Of a stretch of 64,000 bases of DNA, positions 17,521-26,294 are shown in pieces. Positions within the stretch are counted from its first letter, which is position 1. Every line of letters starts with the position of its first letter. The stretch is from the NCBI GenBank assembly GCA_039806935.1, contig JBDHQH010000003.1, positions 2,606 to 66,605 on the forward strand. Reading direction: 5' to 3'. This DNA comes from Verrucomicrobiota bacterium. GTDB lineage: Bacteria; Verrucomicrobiota; Verrucomicrobiia; Limisphaerales; UBA8199. A program made the translations under genes and the position numbers. The notes beneath the pieces are model-generated. The model was given only the letters and a program-made list of their open reading frames with translations. It was not told the origin of the DNA and searched no databases.

Positions 17521-19536
17521 ATGTGCGGCATTGCCGGATTTATCGATCCCGACCCCGAAGGCTTCACCTCCGATCTGGAGCTGATTGCCCTGCGGATGGC
17601 ATCCGCCTTGCGGCACCGCGGTCCGGATGATGAGGGGGCCTGGGCGGATCCGGTGAGCGGAGTCGGCCTGGGCCATCGACGCCTTGCCGTGCAGGATTTA
17701 AGCGCCGCCGGCCATCAACCCATGTTCTCGGCGGATGGCCGGTTTGTGGTCATCTTCAACGGCGAAATTTACAACTTCATTGAGCTGCGCGGAGAACTCG
17801 AGGAGCGCGGACACCGCTTCCACGGCCACTCGGATACCGAGGTGATGCTGGCGGGCTTTTCCGAGTGGGGCCTGGAACCGACATTGCGCCGCCTGACGGG
17901 CATGTTCGCGCTGGCGGCGTGGGATCGTGGCCAGCGCCGTTTGTGCCTGGCGCGGGATCGCGCCGGGGAAAAGCCGCTGTATTACGGATGGACCAGCGGA
18001 GTGTTCCTGTTTGGATCCGAGTTGAAAGCTCTGCGCGCGCATCCGCAATGGCAGGCCAGGCTCGATCATGAGGCCCTCGCGAGTTTTATCCGGCATAACT
18101 ACATTCCCGCGCCACGCTCCATTTACCGCGGCATCTATAAACTCCCGCCCGGCGCCCTGTTGATCCTGGACGGAGAACACCTCCGTTCGCGCGCCAACCC
18201 CGAGCCGAAGTGCTATTGGTCCTTGTGGACGGCCGCCCAACGCGGCCTGGCCAGCCCCTTTCCGGGCAGCGAGGCCGAGGCGGCGGAACAACTGGCCTAT
18301 CTCCTCGCGGACTCCGTCAAACGCCAGATGGTCGCGGATGTGCCAGTGGGCGCGTTCCTGTCCGGCGGCATCGACTCCTCGCTGATTGTGGCATTCATGC
18401 AGGCGGCAAACCGGCGTCGTGTGCGTACCTTCAGCGTTGGGTTTGTTGAACGCGGACACGACGAGGCGCCCTACGCGCGCGCCGTCGCCGGGCATTTGGG
18501 CACGCAGCACACGGAGTTGTACGTTCAGGCGGCGATGCTGCCCCAGACCGTGCCGCGGCTCTCGACCATCTATGACGAACCCTTCGCCGACACTTCGCAC
18601 CTGCCCACGCTGCTGCTGAGCGAGTTGGCGCGCAAGCACGTCACCGTCTGCCTGACCGGCGACGGCGGAGATGAATTGTTTGGCGGATACGGAATATACA
18701 CCCGCGCCGAACGCATCGGGAATCTGCTAAAGCTCATCCCCGGGCCGCTTCGTAGCGGACTCGGGCTGGGCTTGGAGGGTGTGGCCAGGGCCGGGTTAAG
18801 TCTCCCGCGATGGCGAGGCGGTCCACCCCACGGGTGGGAGCGGATGCTGCGCCTGTCCGAACTGCTGCGGGCCGGGGATGACCAGGCCGTGTATCGGTTT
18901 CAGATCTCAAGCTGCCGACATCCGGAGCAATGGCTCGCCGGAATTCCCGCCGAACCCGGCGCGGAGATTCGCAACCCACATTGGCGCTCGTTGCCAGGAC
19001 TGTTGCAACGGATGATGTTTTGGGATTTCCAACAATACCTGCCCGACGAAGTGCTGGCGAAAGTGGATCGCGCCTCCATGTCCGTCAGTCTCGAAACTCG
19101 CATCCCGCTGCTCGATCATCGAATCATCGAGTTCGCCTGGAGTCTGCCGGTGGCGTTCCGCCGCCAGCGCGGCCAGAGCAAACGGATCCTGCGCCAACTG
19201 CTTCGCCGTCATCTGCCGCCGCGGCTGTTTGATCGCCCGAAGCAAGGTTTCGCCGCGCCAGTCGAAGATTGGATTCGAGGTGATTTGCGAGCCTGGGCCG
19301 AGGACCTGCTCTCCGACTCCGCCTTGCGCCGCGAGGGCCTGTTCAGGGAAAAAGTGGTCCGCCGGCGCTGGCAGGAACATGTCCGGCGAGAACGGGATTG
19401 GGGCCGGCCCCTTTGGAATGTGCTGATGTTTCAAGCCTGGCTGATGGCCCGGAAAAGCCAGGATCCAGCTCCGCGCCGGAGCCTCCCCTCAAAATCCGCC
19501 CTGGCCACCCACGCACCTCATTTGGTCCGGAAATGA
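17521..19536 (+). CDS. asnB: Asparagine synthase (glutamine-hydrolysing) family amidotransferase, copy 1
   Basis: MCGIAGF Ntn-Cys start, RGPDD, the SGGIDSS PP-loop, and a C-terminal synthetase domain. ATG 17521 was chosen so that Cys is residue 2. Confidence 0.9.
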   Translation: MCGIAGFIDPDPEGFTSDLELIALRMASALRHRGPDDEGAWADPVSGVGLGHRRLAVQDLSAAGHQPMFSADGRFVVIFNGEIYNFIELRGELEERGHRFHGHSDTEVMLAGFSEWGLEPTLRRLTGMFALAAWDRGQRRLCLARDRAGEKPLYYGWTSGVFLFGSELKALRAHPQWQARLDHEALASFIRHNYIPAPRSIYRGIYKLPPGALLILDGEHLRSRANPEPKCYWSLWTAAQRGLASPFPGSEAEAAEQLAYLLADSVKRQMVADVPVGAFLSGGIDSSLIVAFMQAANRRRVRTFSVGFVERGHDEAPYARAVAGHLGTQHTELYVQAAMLPQTVPRLSTIYDEPFADTSHLPTLLLSELARKHVTVCLTGDGGDELFGGYGIYTRAERIGNLLKLIPGPLRSGLGLGLEGVARAGLSLPRWRGGPPHGWERMLRLSELLRAGDDQAVYRFQISSCRHPEQWLAGIPAEPGAEIRNPHWRSLPGLLQRMMFWDFQQYLPDEVLAKVDRASMSVSLETRIPLLDHRIIEFAWSLPVAFRRQRGQSKRILRQLLRRHLPPRLFDRPKQGFAAPVEDWIRGDLRAWAEDLLSDSALRREGLFREKVVRRRWQEHVRRERDWGRPLWNVLMFQAWLMARKSQDPAPRRSLPSKSALATHAPHLVRK

Positions 19537-21077
19537 ATATTAGCGATAAACTTCTCTCCCGTGGCGAGGCGGCCGCGCCCGCGGTTTTTCACGAGGACGA
19601 GGTGATTACTTATGGTGAATTGCGGCGTCGGACGCGGAGAACGGCCGGGGCGCTGCTGGATCGGGGCCACACCCAGGGGGACCGGATTGGAATCCTCGCG
19701 GAAAACAGCCCGTTTTTCGTAGTGGCGTACCTCGGCATCATTCAAGCCGGCCTGGTCGCCGTGCCCCTGGGAACCGACCTCCCGGCGGAAACCCAGCTTC
19801 GCATGGCGAGAGAGGCGGGAATGAGCCGATTGTTGGTCTCCGCGAGATGCGCGCCCCGGAGTCGGTTGTGGGCCGAACCGGCCGGAATTCGATTGCTGAC
19901 CGAGGACGAGCTCGAGGCGGCCCGGATCTCCCAGCCCCAGCTTTGGCCGGTGATCGAGCCCAAGCGGGATCTGGCGGCCCTGATGTTCACCTCCGGCTCG
20001 ACCGGGACGCCCAAGGCGGTAATGATTTCCCACCGCAATATCGAGTGCAACGCCGAGGATATCATTGATTACTTGGGTTTGCGGACGGACGATCGGGGCA
20101 TGGTGGTGCTGCCCTTCCATTATTGCTTTGGGCTTTCCCTCCTCCATACCCATTTACTGGCGGGCGCTTCGCTGGTTTTGAGCCAGGCGTTCAAGCTTTT
20201 TCCAGAACAGGTGATTGGGGAGTTGCTGGAGCGGGACTGCACCGGGTTTGCCGGCGTGCCCTCGACCTATCAGATCCTGCTGCGCCGCACGCGGTTTTGC
20301 CAGACTGCCTTCCCCCGCTTGCGCTGGTTGCAGCAGGCGGGCGGAAAGCTGCCCAATCCCTGTATTCGCGAGCTCATCGAGGCTTTCCCCCAGCTCAAGT
20401 TCTTTCTGATGTACGGTCAAACCGAGGCCACCGCGCGGCTCAGCTTTCTCCCGCCCGAACGCTTGCGCGACAAACTGGGATCCCTTGGCCGCGGGCTTCG
20501 CTCCACGCGATTGGAGGTGTTAAAAGCAAACGGCTCGCCCGTCCGGCCCGGATCCATGGAGATCGGCGAGATCGTGGCCGCGGGCGACAACATTTCCCCT
20601 GGCTACTGGAACGAACCCGAGGAAACCGCCCGATTTTTCAGGCACGGCAAGTTGCGCACCGGCGACCTGGCGCGGGTGGACGAGGATGGCTTTATTTTCT
20701 TTGTCGAGCGCGAGCGCGATTTTTTAAAGCCGGGAGGGAACCGAGTGAGCGCCAGGGAAATCGAGGACATCATCGCCGAACTGAGGGAGGTGATGGAAGT
20801 GGCAGTCGTGGGCGCTCCTCATGAACTGCTCGGAGAGGCGATCGTGGCCTGCGTGGTGGTTCGCCCGGACGGCGCTTGCGCCGGCGAGGACATCGAGCGG
20901 CACTGCCGCAAACGCCTGCCGGCCTTCAAGGTGCCTCACCAAATCCGGCTGCTGAACTCGCTCCCGCACAATGCCTCGGGAAAAGTGCAAAAGGATCGCC
21001 TTCAGTCCCTGGCGGGAGCGCCCTGGCCGGAAATCCACCAGCCGGCGCAAGCACCGGCCGCCACCGCGGATTTATGA
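19533..21077 (+). CDS. ANL-superfamily AMP-dependent synthetase/ligase (acyl-CoA or acyl-carrier-protein ligase)
   Basis: FTSGSTGTPKAV (A3 core), YGQTEA, GDLARVDEDGFIFFVER, and the terminal SGKVQK lysine. The start overlaps the AsnB stop (ATGA 19533-19536). Confidence 0.85.
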   Translation: MNISDKLLSRGEAAAPAVFHEDEVITYGELRRRTRRTAGALLDRGHTQGDRIGILAENSPFFVVAYLGIIQAGLVAVPLGTDLPAETQLRMAREAGMSRLLVSARCAPRSRLWAEPAGIRLLTEDELEAARISQPQLWPVIEPKRDLAALMFTSGSTGTPKAVMISHRNIECNAEDIIDYLGLRTDDRGMVVLPFHYCFGLSLLHTHLLAGASLVLSQAFKLFPEQVIGELLERDCTGFAGVPSTYQILLRRTRFCQTAFPRLRWLQQAGGKLPNPCIRELIEAFPQLKFFLMYGQTEATARLSFLPPERLRDKLGSLGRGLRSTRLEVLKANGSPVRPGSMEIGEIVAAGDNISPGYWNEPEETARFFRHGKLRTGDLARVDEDGFIFFVERERDFLKPGGNRVSAREIEDIIAELREVMEVAVVGAPHELLGEAIVACVVVRPDGACAGEDIERHCRKRLPAFKVPHQIRLLNSLPHNASGKVQKDRLQSLAGAPWPEIHQPAQAPAATADL

Positions 21078-22153
21078 GAGAAACTACAGGCGAAATCCAA
21101 CCGTTCCTGACTCCATCCAATCTGAGCAGCCTGCTCGAAAGGCCGGCTTTGAACCATCGCCAGCCGTTCAGTCGTGAGTTGCTCAAAATCGACAGCGCGC
21201 AAACCACCGGCCAAATTTGCGCGTTTATCCGGCGGGAAGTCCGGCGATTTCGCAGGAAAGGCCTGGTAGTCGGCCTCTCGGGCGGGATCGACAGCAGCAC
21301 GGTCGCCGCGCTGGCAGTGCGGGCATTGGGCAGGGAGCGGGTGTTCGGCTTGCACATGCCGGAGCGGGACTCCTCCCCCGACACTGTCCGGCTCAGCCGC
21401 CTGGTCGCCGAGCATCTCGGAATTGCCTCCGCCCACGAGGAGATTTCGCCGCTGTTGGAGGCCGCCGGCTGTTACCGGCGCCGCGACGAGGCCATTCGCC
21501 AAGTGATTCCGGAATACGGTCCGGGATGGAAATCGAAGCTGGCCCTGCCCAGCGTCACTGATGGGGAGAGTTTCCGGATCTTCTCCATCGTGGCGCAAGA
21601 TCCCACCGGTTTGGAAACCGCCCTGCCCCTCCCGCTGGAGGTCAACCTCGCGATTGTGGCGGCCACAAATTTCAAGCAGCGCACCCGGAAGATGCTCGAG
21701 TATTTTCACGCGGACCGGCTGAATTACGCGGTGGGCGGCACGCCCAACCGCCTTGAGTGCGAGCTGGGCTTTTTCGTGAAGCAAGGGGACGGAGCGGCGG
21801 ATCTCAAGCCCATCGCGCATCTCTACAAAACGCAGGTGTACGACCTGGCGAAACATCTGGGTGTACCCGCGGAAATCGCCGAGCGCCCGCCCACCACCGA
21901 CACCTATTCCTTGAGTCAGACACAAGAGGAATTCTACTTCAGTCTGCCCTACGGGACCATGGATCTGGTGCTCTACGGCCAACACCACGAATACAGCCCC
22001 GCCGAGATCGCGCCCTCCGCGGGCTTGACCGCGGAGCAGGTCGCGCGGGTCTTTCTCGATTTGGAAGCCAAGCGCCGGGTGGCCGCGTATCTGCGCGCCG
22101 CGCCGGCGATCCTGGACGAACCGGGGGAGCCTCCCCGGAGCACAGGTGTTTGA
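21074..22153 (+). CDS. nadE: NAD+ synthetase (NadE)-family PP-loop ATP pyrophosphatase, no glutaminase domain
   Basis: GLSGGIDSSTVAAL PP-loop. FKQRTRKMLEYFHA...GTPNRLECELGFFVKQGDGAADLKPIAHLYKTQVYDLAKHLGVP is collinear with NadE. The start overlaps the ligase stop (ATGA 21074-21077). Confidence 0.8.
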   Translation: MRETTGEIQPFLTPSNLSSLLERPALNHRQPFSRELLKIDSAQTTGQICAFIRREVRRFRRKGLVVGLSGGIDSSTVAALAVRALGRERVFGLHMPERDSSPDTVRLSRLVAEHLGIASAHEEISPLLEAAGCYRRRDEAIRQVIPEYGPGWKSKLALPSVTDGESFRIFSIVAQDPTGLETALPLPLEVNLAIVAATNFKQRTRKMLEYFHADRLNYAVGGTPNRLECELGFFVKQGDGAADLKPIAHLYKTQVYDLAKHLGVPAEIAERPPTTDTYSLSQTQEEFYFSLPYGTMDLVLYGQHHEYSPAEIAPSAGLTAEQVARVFLDLEAKRRVAAYLRAAPAILDEPGEPPRSTGV

Positions 22154-22164
22154 AATCCCGAACC

Positions 22165-23454
22165 ATGCCGCCGGGCGCCTCCATTTCCACCACGGATTCC
22201 CGCTCGCACGCGGGAGCCAGGGAACGAAGCCGCCCGGAGGCTGCGCAGGCAAATTTGTGGGTTCATTGGGCGGTGTGCTTCTCGCTCTTCTCCATCCCCT
22301 ATTACGAATTGTATTTGCCGGGGACGGGCGAGCGCGTGGGCCTCAAACGGATCAGCCAATTGTTGATCCTCGCGGCGATGATCACCCGGCCCTGGCTTTG
22401 TCTGCGTTTCCTTCCGCGGGCGTTGCTGTGGTTTGCCGCTTATTGCGGATATCGGCTGCTTGCCGGGATCTGGCTCGCGCCGGGATACCAGGCCAGGTGG
22501 TGGCCTCCCACGTTTGAACTGCTCCAGTATTACCTGCCCTGGGCGTGGTTGTTGTTCAACGCGATGCGGTATCCCGGCCTGGCCCGGCGCTCGCTCTGGG
22601 CCTTCACGATGGGCGCCACCTTGTGCGCGGCGCTGCACTGCGCCGGCATCGGCGCCGCGGACGTGGATCATGGCGCGGAGGGCAGATCCACGGTCTTCGG
22701 CCAGAACGCCAACCAGATCGGCGAGATCTACGCGCTCGCGGCGGTCGTGCTGGTGGCGCTGGGAATGTTTCGCCATGCCCGCCCCCAAGCGCGGATGCTG
22801 GTGTTTCCGATGATTGGCATCCTGGCTTTCGGGCTGGCCAAGACCGGCTCGCGCACAGGGGCTTTGCTGTTGGCGATGGGAACCGCCCTGTTGCTGCCAC
22901 AAACGCGAGCCCTGGTATCCCGGACCAGGCGCTACCTGACCTTTCTCCTGCTGGGGTTGGTGCTGGCCGGGGTATTATATCAAATCCCCACCATCGTCAC
23001 CCGGCTCGCCCCGGTGGCCTCGTCATCGGCCGCTCGGGAAGAGGCGCGCGGCCGGATGATTCCGGTGCTCTGGGATATGTTCACGCGCAGTCCGTGGTTC
23101 GGTTCGGGGCCGGACCGCTACCAACTCGAACTCACTCGCCGGGCGATGCCGTACTTGATCGACGAACAGCACCGTACGATCGTAGCGCATAATCTGCCGC
23201 TTTTGTTGATGGTCGAGACGGGGTTGCTTGGCTTGTTTCTGTTTGCGATGGGGACCGGCCGGGCGCTGCTGGCCGCCTGGCGCGCCCGGGAAGGCGCCTG
23301 CGGACTGCTGCCGTTGGCCTGTCTGCTGCCGGTTTGTCTGGCGGGCATGACCGTGAGCAGTCCGATCTTCGAGCCGATCTTCTGGTTCAGCGTGGCTTTC
23401 GGCCTCGCCGGGTCGTCTATCCCGGGTGAATATCCGCCCAATTTGGCGGTCTGA
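22165..23454 (+). CDS. O-antigen ligase / Wzy-type polymerase family membrane protein
   Basis: About 10 TM helices. KTGSRTGALLLAMG and SPWFGSGPDRY...AHNLPLLLMVETGLLG match the Wzy_C pattern. ATG 22165 follows the NadE stop; the 5' part of ORF 21757.. overlaps NadE. Confidence 0.7.
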   Translation: MPPGASISTTDSRSHAGARERSRPEAAQANLWVHWAVCFSLFSIPYYELYLPGTGERVGLKRISQLLILAAMITRPWLCLRFLPRALLWFAAYCGYRLLAGIWLAPGYQARWWPPTFELLQYYLPWAWLLFNAMRYPGLARRSLWAFTMGATLCAALHCAGIGAADVDHGAEGRSTVFGQNANQIGEIYALAAVVLVALGMFRHARPQARMLVFPMIGILAFGLAKTGSRTGALLLAMGTALLLPQTRALVSRTRRYLTFLLLGLVLAGVLYQIPTIVTRLAPVASSSAAREEARGRMIPVLWDMFTRSPWFGSGPDRYQLELTRRAMPYLIDEQHRTIVAHNLPLLLMVETGLLGLFLFAMGTGRALLAAWRAREGACGLLPLACLLPVCLAGMTVSSPIFEPIFWFSVAFGLAGSSIPGEYPPNLAV

Positions 23455-23494
23455 CTCCATATCGCCGAGCCGCTTGCCGGGGTTAAGGAATGCC

Positions 23495-24688
23495 ATGCGT
23501 GTCGCCCTGATCGCCACCAGCCTGCGTTTGGCCGGAGCTGAGAAGCAGTTCGCCTACACGGCTCGCGCTTTCCTCGAAGCCGGGCTGGAGCCAAGCGTGT
23601 TTTACCTCGGCGCGCCGGACCACTATCAGCGGGTGTTGCAGGCCGCTGGAGTTCCGGTCACGCCAATCTGCCGACCGCGCCGCCCTTGGGCGGTGCTCCT
23701 GCGGTTGGTTGCCGCGCTGCGCAAGTTAAAACCTCATCTGGTTCTGGCCAGCCAATTTGGAGACCTGGCCTACGCCGCCCCGGCGGGTCGCGCCTGCCAT
23801 GCGCTGGTGCTGGGCGGAGTGCGAAGCAATGGATTTTACGAGTTGAACACAGCAGGAAAACGGAAGTGGCTGCTGCTGCGAGGAACCCACGGACTCGTGG
23901 CCAACAGTCATCGAGCACGGGCCAATCTAATCGGCGAAGGTGTCAGCTCCGAGAAAATCGCCGTGCTGCCCAATGTCATCGACCTGGACGAGTTCGATTC
24001 GATGGCGACTCTGCCGCTCCGGCATCCGCTTCCAGCGAACCGGCCGATCATAGCCGCGGTTGGCAGTCTGCATCCGGGCAAACGCTTCGACCGGTTCATT
24101 GACGCCGTAGCCCTGGCGCGGCGCTCGGCTCCAGAGATCTTCGCGGTGATCGCCGGCGCTGATTTGGGCGCGCGGGCCGCTTTGGAACACCGGGCGCGGG
24201 CCGCGAGCCTCGGCTCCGAAGATCTGGCGTTTCTGGGCGAGTATGACCGCGTTCCCGCGCTGCTGAAACAATGCCGCTTGCTGGCTTTAACCTCCGATTT
24301 CGAAGGCTTTCCCAACGTCCTCCTCGAGGCAATGGCAGCGGGGATTCCCGTTTTGACCACCCCAGTGGGGGATGCGGTACGGATCGTCGAGCACGGCGGC
24401 ACCGGCTATGTGCTCCAATTTGATGACGTACGGCGAATGGCACTGGCCATGGTCGAATTGGCCGCCAATCACAAACTGGCGGCGCGGATGGGCGCCCGAG
24501 CCCGAGACTGCGCCCGGCAGCATTACAACCAGACGGGGTTGTCGCGAAAATGGCTCTCTCTGGTTCACGAATTTGCCGCCCAACGCCAACACGACGTCCT
24601 CCTCGAGGCGCTGCGCTCGCCGGCGCCGCCACCGGCCCGGGCAGCAGCTCCGATGGCGCTCGCGCATAGTGCCGCGGCCGCCGCCTGA
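23495..24688 (+). CDS. Glycosyltransferase family 4
   Basis: MRVALIATSLRLAGAEKQ N-terminus. LTSDFEGFPNVLLEAMAAGIPVLTTPVGD (EX7E). Confidence 0.8.
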   Translation: MRVALIATSLRLAGAEKQFAYTARAFLEAGLEPSVFYLGAPDHYQRVLQAAGVPVTPICRPRRPWAVLLRLVAALRKLKPHLVLASQFGDLAYAAPAGRACHALVLGGVRSNGFYELNTAGKRKWLLLRGTHGLVANSHRARANLIGEGVSSEKIAVLPNVIDLDEFDSMATLPLRHPLPANRPIIAAVGSLHPGKRFDRFIDAVALARRSAPEIFAVIAGADLGARAALEHRARAASLGSEDLAFLGEYDRVPALLKQCRLLALTSDFEGFPNVLLEAMAAGIPVLTTPVGDAVRIVEHGGTGYVLQFDDVRRMALAMVELAANHKLAARMGARARDCARQHYNQTGLSRKWLSLVHEFAAQRQHDVLLEALRSPAPPPARAAAPMALAHSAAAAA

Positions 24689-24718
24689 ACCCCATTTCTC
24701 CGGGAGACCTCCTTCGGT

Positions 24719-25936
24719 ATGCTGGATCTATCGACCCTGAAAATTTCTTTTTTAGCGGGAACCCTGGGCGGCGGCGGAGCGGAGCGGCAACTGTTTTACA
24801 TGCTCCAGACGCTGCGGGACGCGGGCGCCGAAGCCCGGGTGTTATCCCTGGATCGCGGCGCTTGCTGGGAGCAGCCCATCCGCGACCTGGGCATACCCGT
24901 GACGTGGGTCGGACAGGACCGCTCGCGGCCCCGAAGGTTGGGGCGCATTATTTGCGCGCTGATCCGGCATCCATCGGAAGTGATTCAAAGCCAGCATTTC
25001 TACACCAATGCTTACGCTGGCGCGGCGGCCCGGGCGTTGCGCCGCGTGAGCATCGGGGCGCTGCGCAGCAATGGCCGTTTCGACCTGCTGGGATGCGGTC
25101 GGTTGGGTGGGTTGCTCAATCTCCGGCTGCCCCATCGATTGGCCGCCAACTCGGAAAATGGCCTGGCCTTTGCGATCCGCCATGGCGTGATCGCCGCGCG
25201 GGCTTCTCTGCTGCCCAACGCGGTGGATACCGCCTGGTTCAAACCCGCCGCGAACTCAGCCGACGACCCGCTGCAAATCCTGGCGGTCGGACGGCTGACG
25301 CGAGAAAAGCGATTTGACCGCTTTCTTCAAATCTTGCGTCAACTCCGGCAAGAGCACGGCCTCCGCGCGCGCGGGGTGGTGGTGGGAGCCGGCCGCCCCG
25401 ATCAAGATCTCCGGCCGGAACTTGAGCATTTGGCCCGAAGTATGGGGCTGCTCCCCGACGGAGTAGTGTTTCTTGGCGGCGCTCCCGACTTGCGTCGGGT
25501 TTACCAGCAATCCGCTCTTTGTCTTCTAACCTCGGATCACGAAGGCACGCCGAACGTGCTGCTCGAAGCCATGGCCTGTGGTTTGCCGGTGGTGGCAACC
25601 CGGGTGGGCGGCGTTCCGGAGATTGTCCGCGATGGCTGGACCGGTTTCCTGTCCGCGCCGGAGGATGTCCCGGGCCTGATCTCGGCCGTGTTAAGGCTGG
25701 CGCGCCGTCCGGACTTGCGGAGACAGATGGGCGCCCGCGCCCGGGCCCATGTCGAGGAGAGGCATGGTTTGCGCCAACTGGAGCCTCATCTGGGCCGCCT
25801 CTACCAGGCCGCCCTGGGCCCGCGCGCGGCCGGCCTGCGCCCGACAGCCGGGCCGTTTCTCAGCGCTGGTGCGCTTTCCTGGCTCGCGCCCGGCCTCTTT
25901 CGTCGCACACACAAAAACACTCCCAAAGCATTATGA
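24719..25936 (+). CDS. Glycosyltransferase family 4
   Basis: ISFLAGTLGGGGAERQ N-terminus. LTSDHEGTPNVLLEAMACGLPVVATRVGG (EX7E). Confidence 0.8.
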   Translation: MLDLSTLKISFLAGTLGGGGAERQLFYMLQTLRDAGAEARVLSLDRGACWEQPIRDLGIPVTWVGQDRSRPRRLGRIICALIRHPSEVIQSQHFYTNAYAGAAARALRRVSIGALRSNGRFDLLGCGRLGGLLNLRLPHRLAANSENGLAFAIRHGVIAARASLLPNAVDTAWFKPAANSADDPLQILAVGRLTREKRFDRFLQILRQLRQEHGLRARGVVVGAGRPDQDLRPELEHLARSMGLLPDGVVFLGGAPDLRRVYQQSALCLLTSDHEGTPNVLLEAMACGLPVVATRVGGVPEIVRDGWTGFLSAPEDVPGLISAVLRLARRPDLRRQMGARARAHVEERHGLRQLEPHLGRLYQAALGPRAAGLRPTAGPFLSAGALSWLAPGLFRRTHKNTPKAL

Positions 25937-26286
25937 GCATAGAAGATCGCATCCGGAACTTCGTCCAAACCTATCTCTATTTTTCCGACACCCAAAGCCT
26001 GGGTGATCAAAATTCATTCCTGGCCGAGGGAATCATCGATTCCATGGGCGCCTTTGAACTGGCCGCTTTTGTGGAAAAAGAGTTCGGCATCAAAGTCGAA
26101 ATGACCGACGTGGTGGTAAAAAACTTTGATTCCGTCGCGCAACTGGCGGCCTTTGTCAGGCGGAAGCTCGCCGCCGGGCAGCCGGCAGCCAACACCTCGC
26201 CCGCCGGGATCGCCTTGCCGCCGGAGGCTGCGGCTTCCATGCCCTTGCCGAGTCTCGCCGCTCCGGCCACCGCGAGCAGCAATTAA
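25933..26286 (+). CDS. Stand-alone acyl/peptidyl carrier protein (DltC-like), with Ala/Pro-rich C-terminal tail
   Basis: LAEGIIDSMGAFELAAFVEKEFGIKV carries the carrier-protein DS(M/L) phosphopantetheine-site pattern. The start overlaps the GT4 stop (ATGA 25933-25936). Confidence 0.7.
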   Translation: MSIEDRIRNFVQTYLYFSDTQSLGDQNSFLAEGIIDSMGAFELAAFVEKEFGIKVEMTDVVVKNFDSVAQLAAFVRRKLAAGQPAANTSPAGIALPPEAAASMPLPSLAAPATASSN

Positions 26287-26294
26287 ACCTGGCC

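Noticed and set aside
21757-22164. Long N-terminal extensions of several listed ORFs (21757, 25519, 55884, 52138, 17395, 29920, 20876, 19398, 15685, 6672)
   Set aside because: Each extension overlaps the well-supported upstream gene in another frame. In every case an internal ATG directly at or after that gene's stop gives a family-typical N-terminus: MCGIAG for AsnB, RRxFL for the AKR, MSIEDRI for the carrier protein, and so on.
21002-22252. 416-aa minus-strand ORF antisense to the NadE-like gene
   Set aside because: No recognisable motif, and the opposite strand carries a collinear NadE signature. High-GC shadow ORF.
22165-23454. Considered whether this polytopic membrane protein could be the missing exosortase (EpsH/XrtA)
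   Set aside because: Its motifs (KTGSRTG, GSGPDRY, AHN..L..ETG) match the O-antigen-ligase/Wzy_C pattern instead. No protein in the window ends in a PEP-CTERM-type tail.
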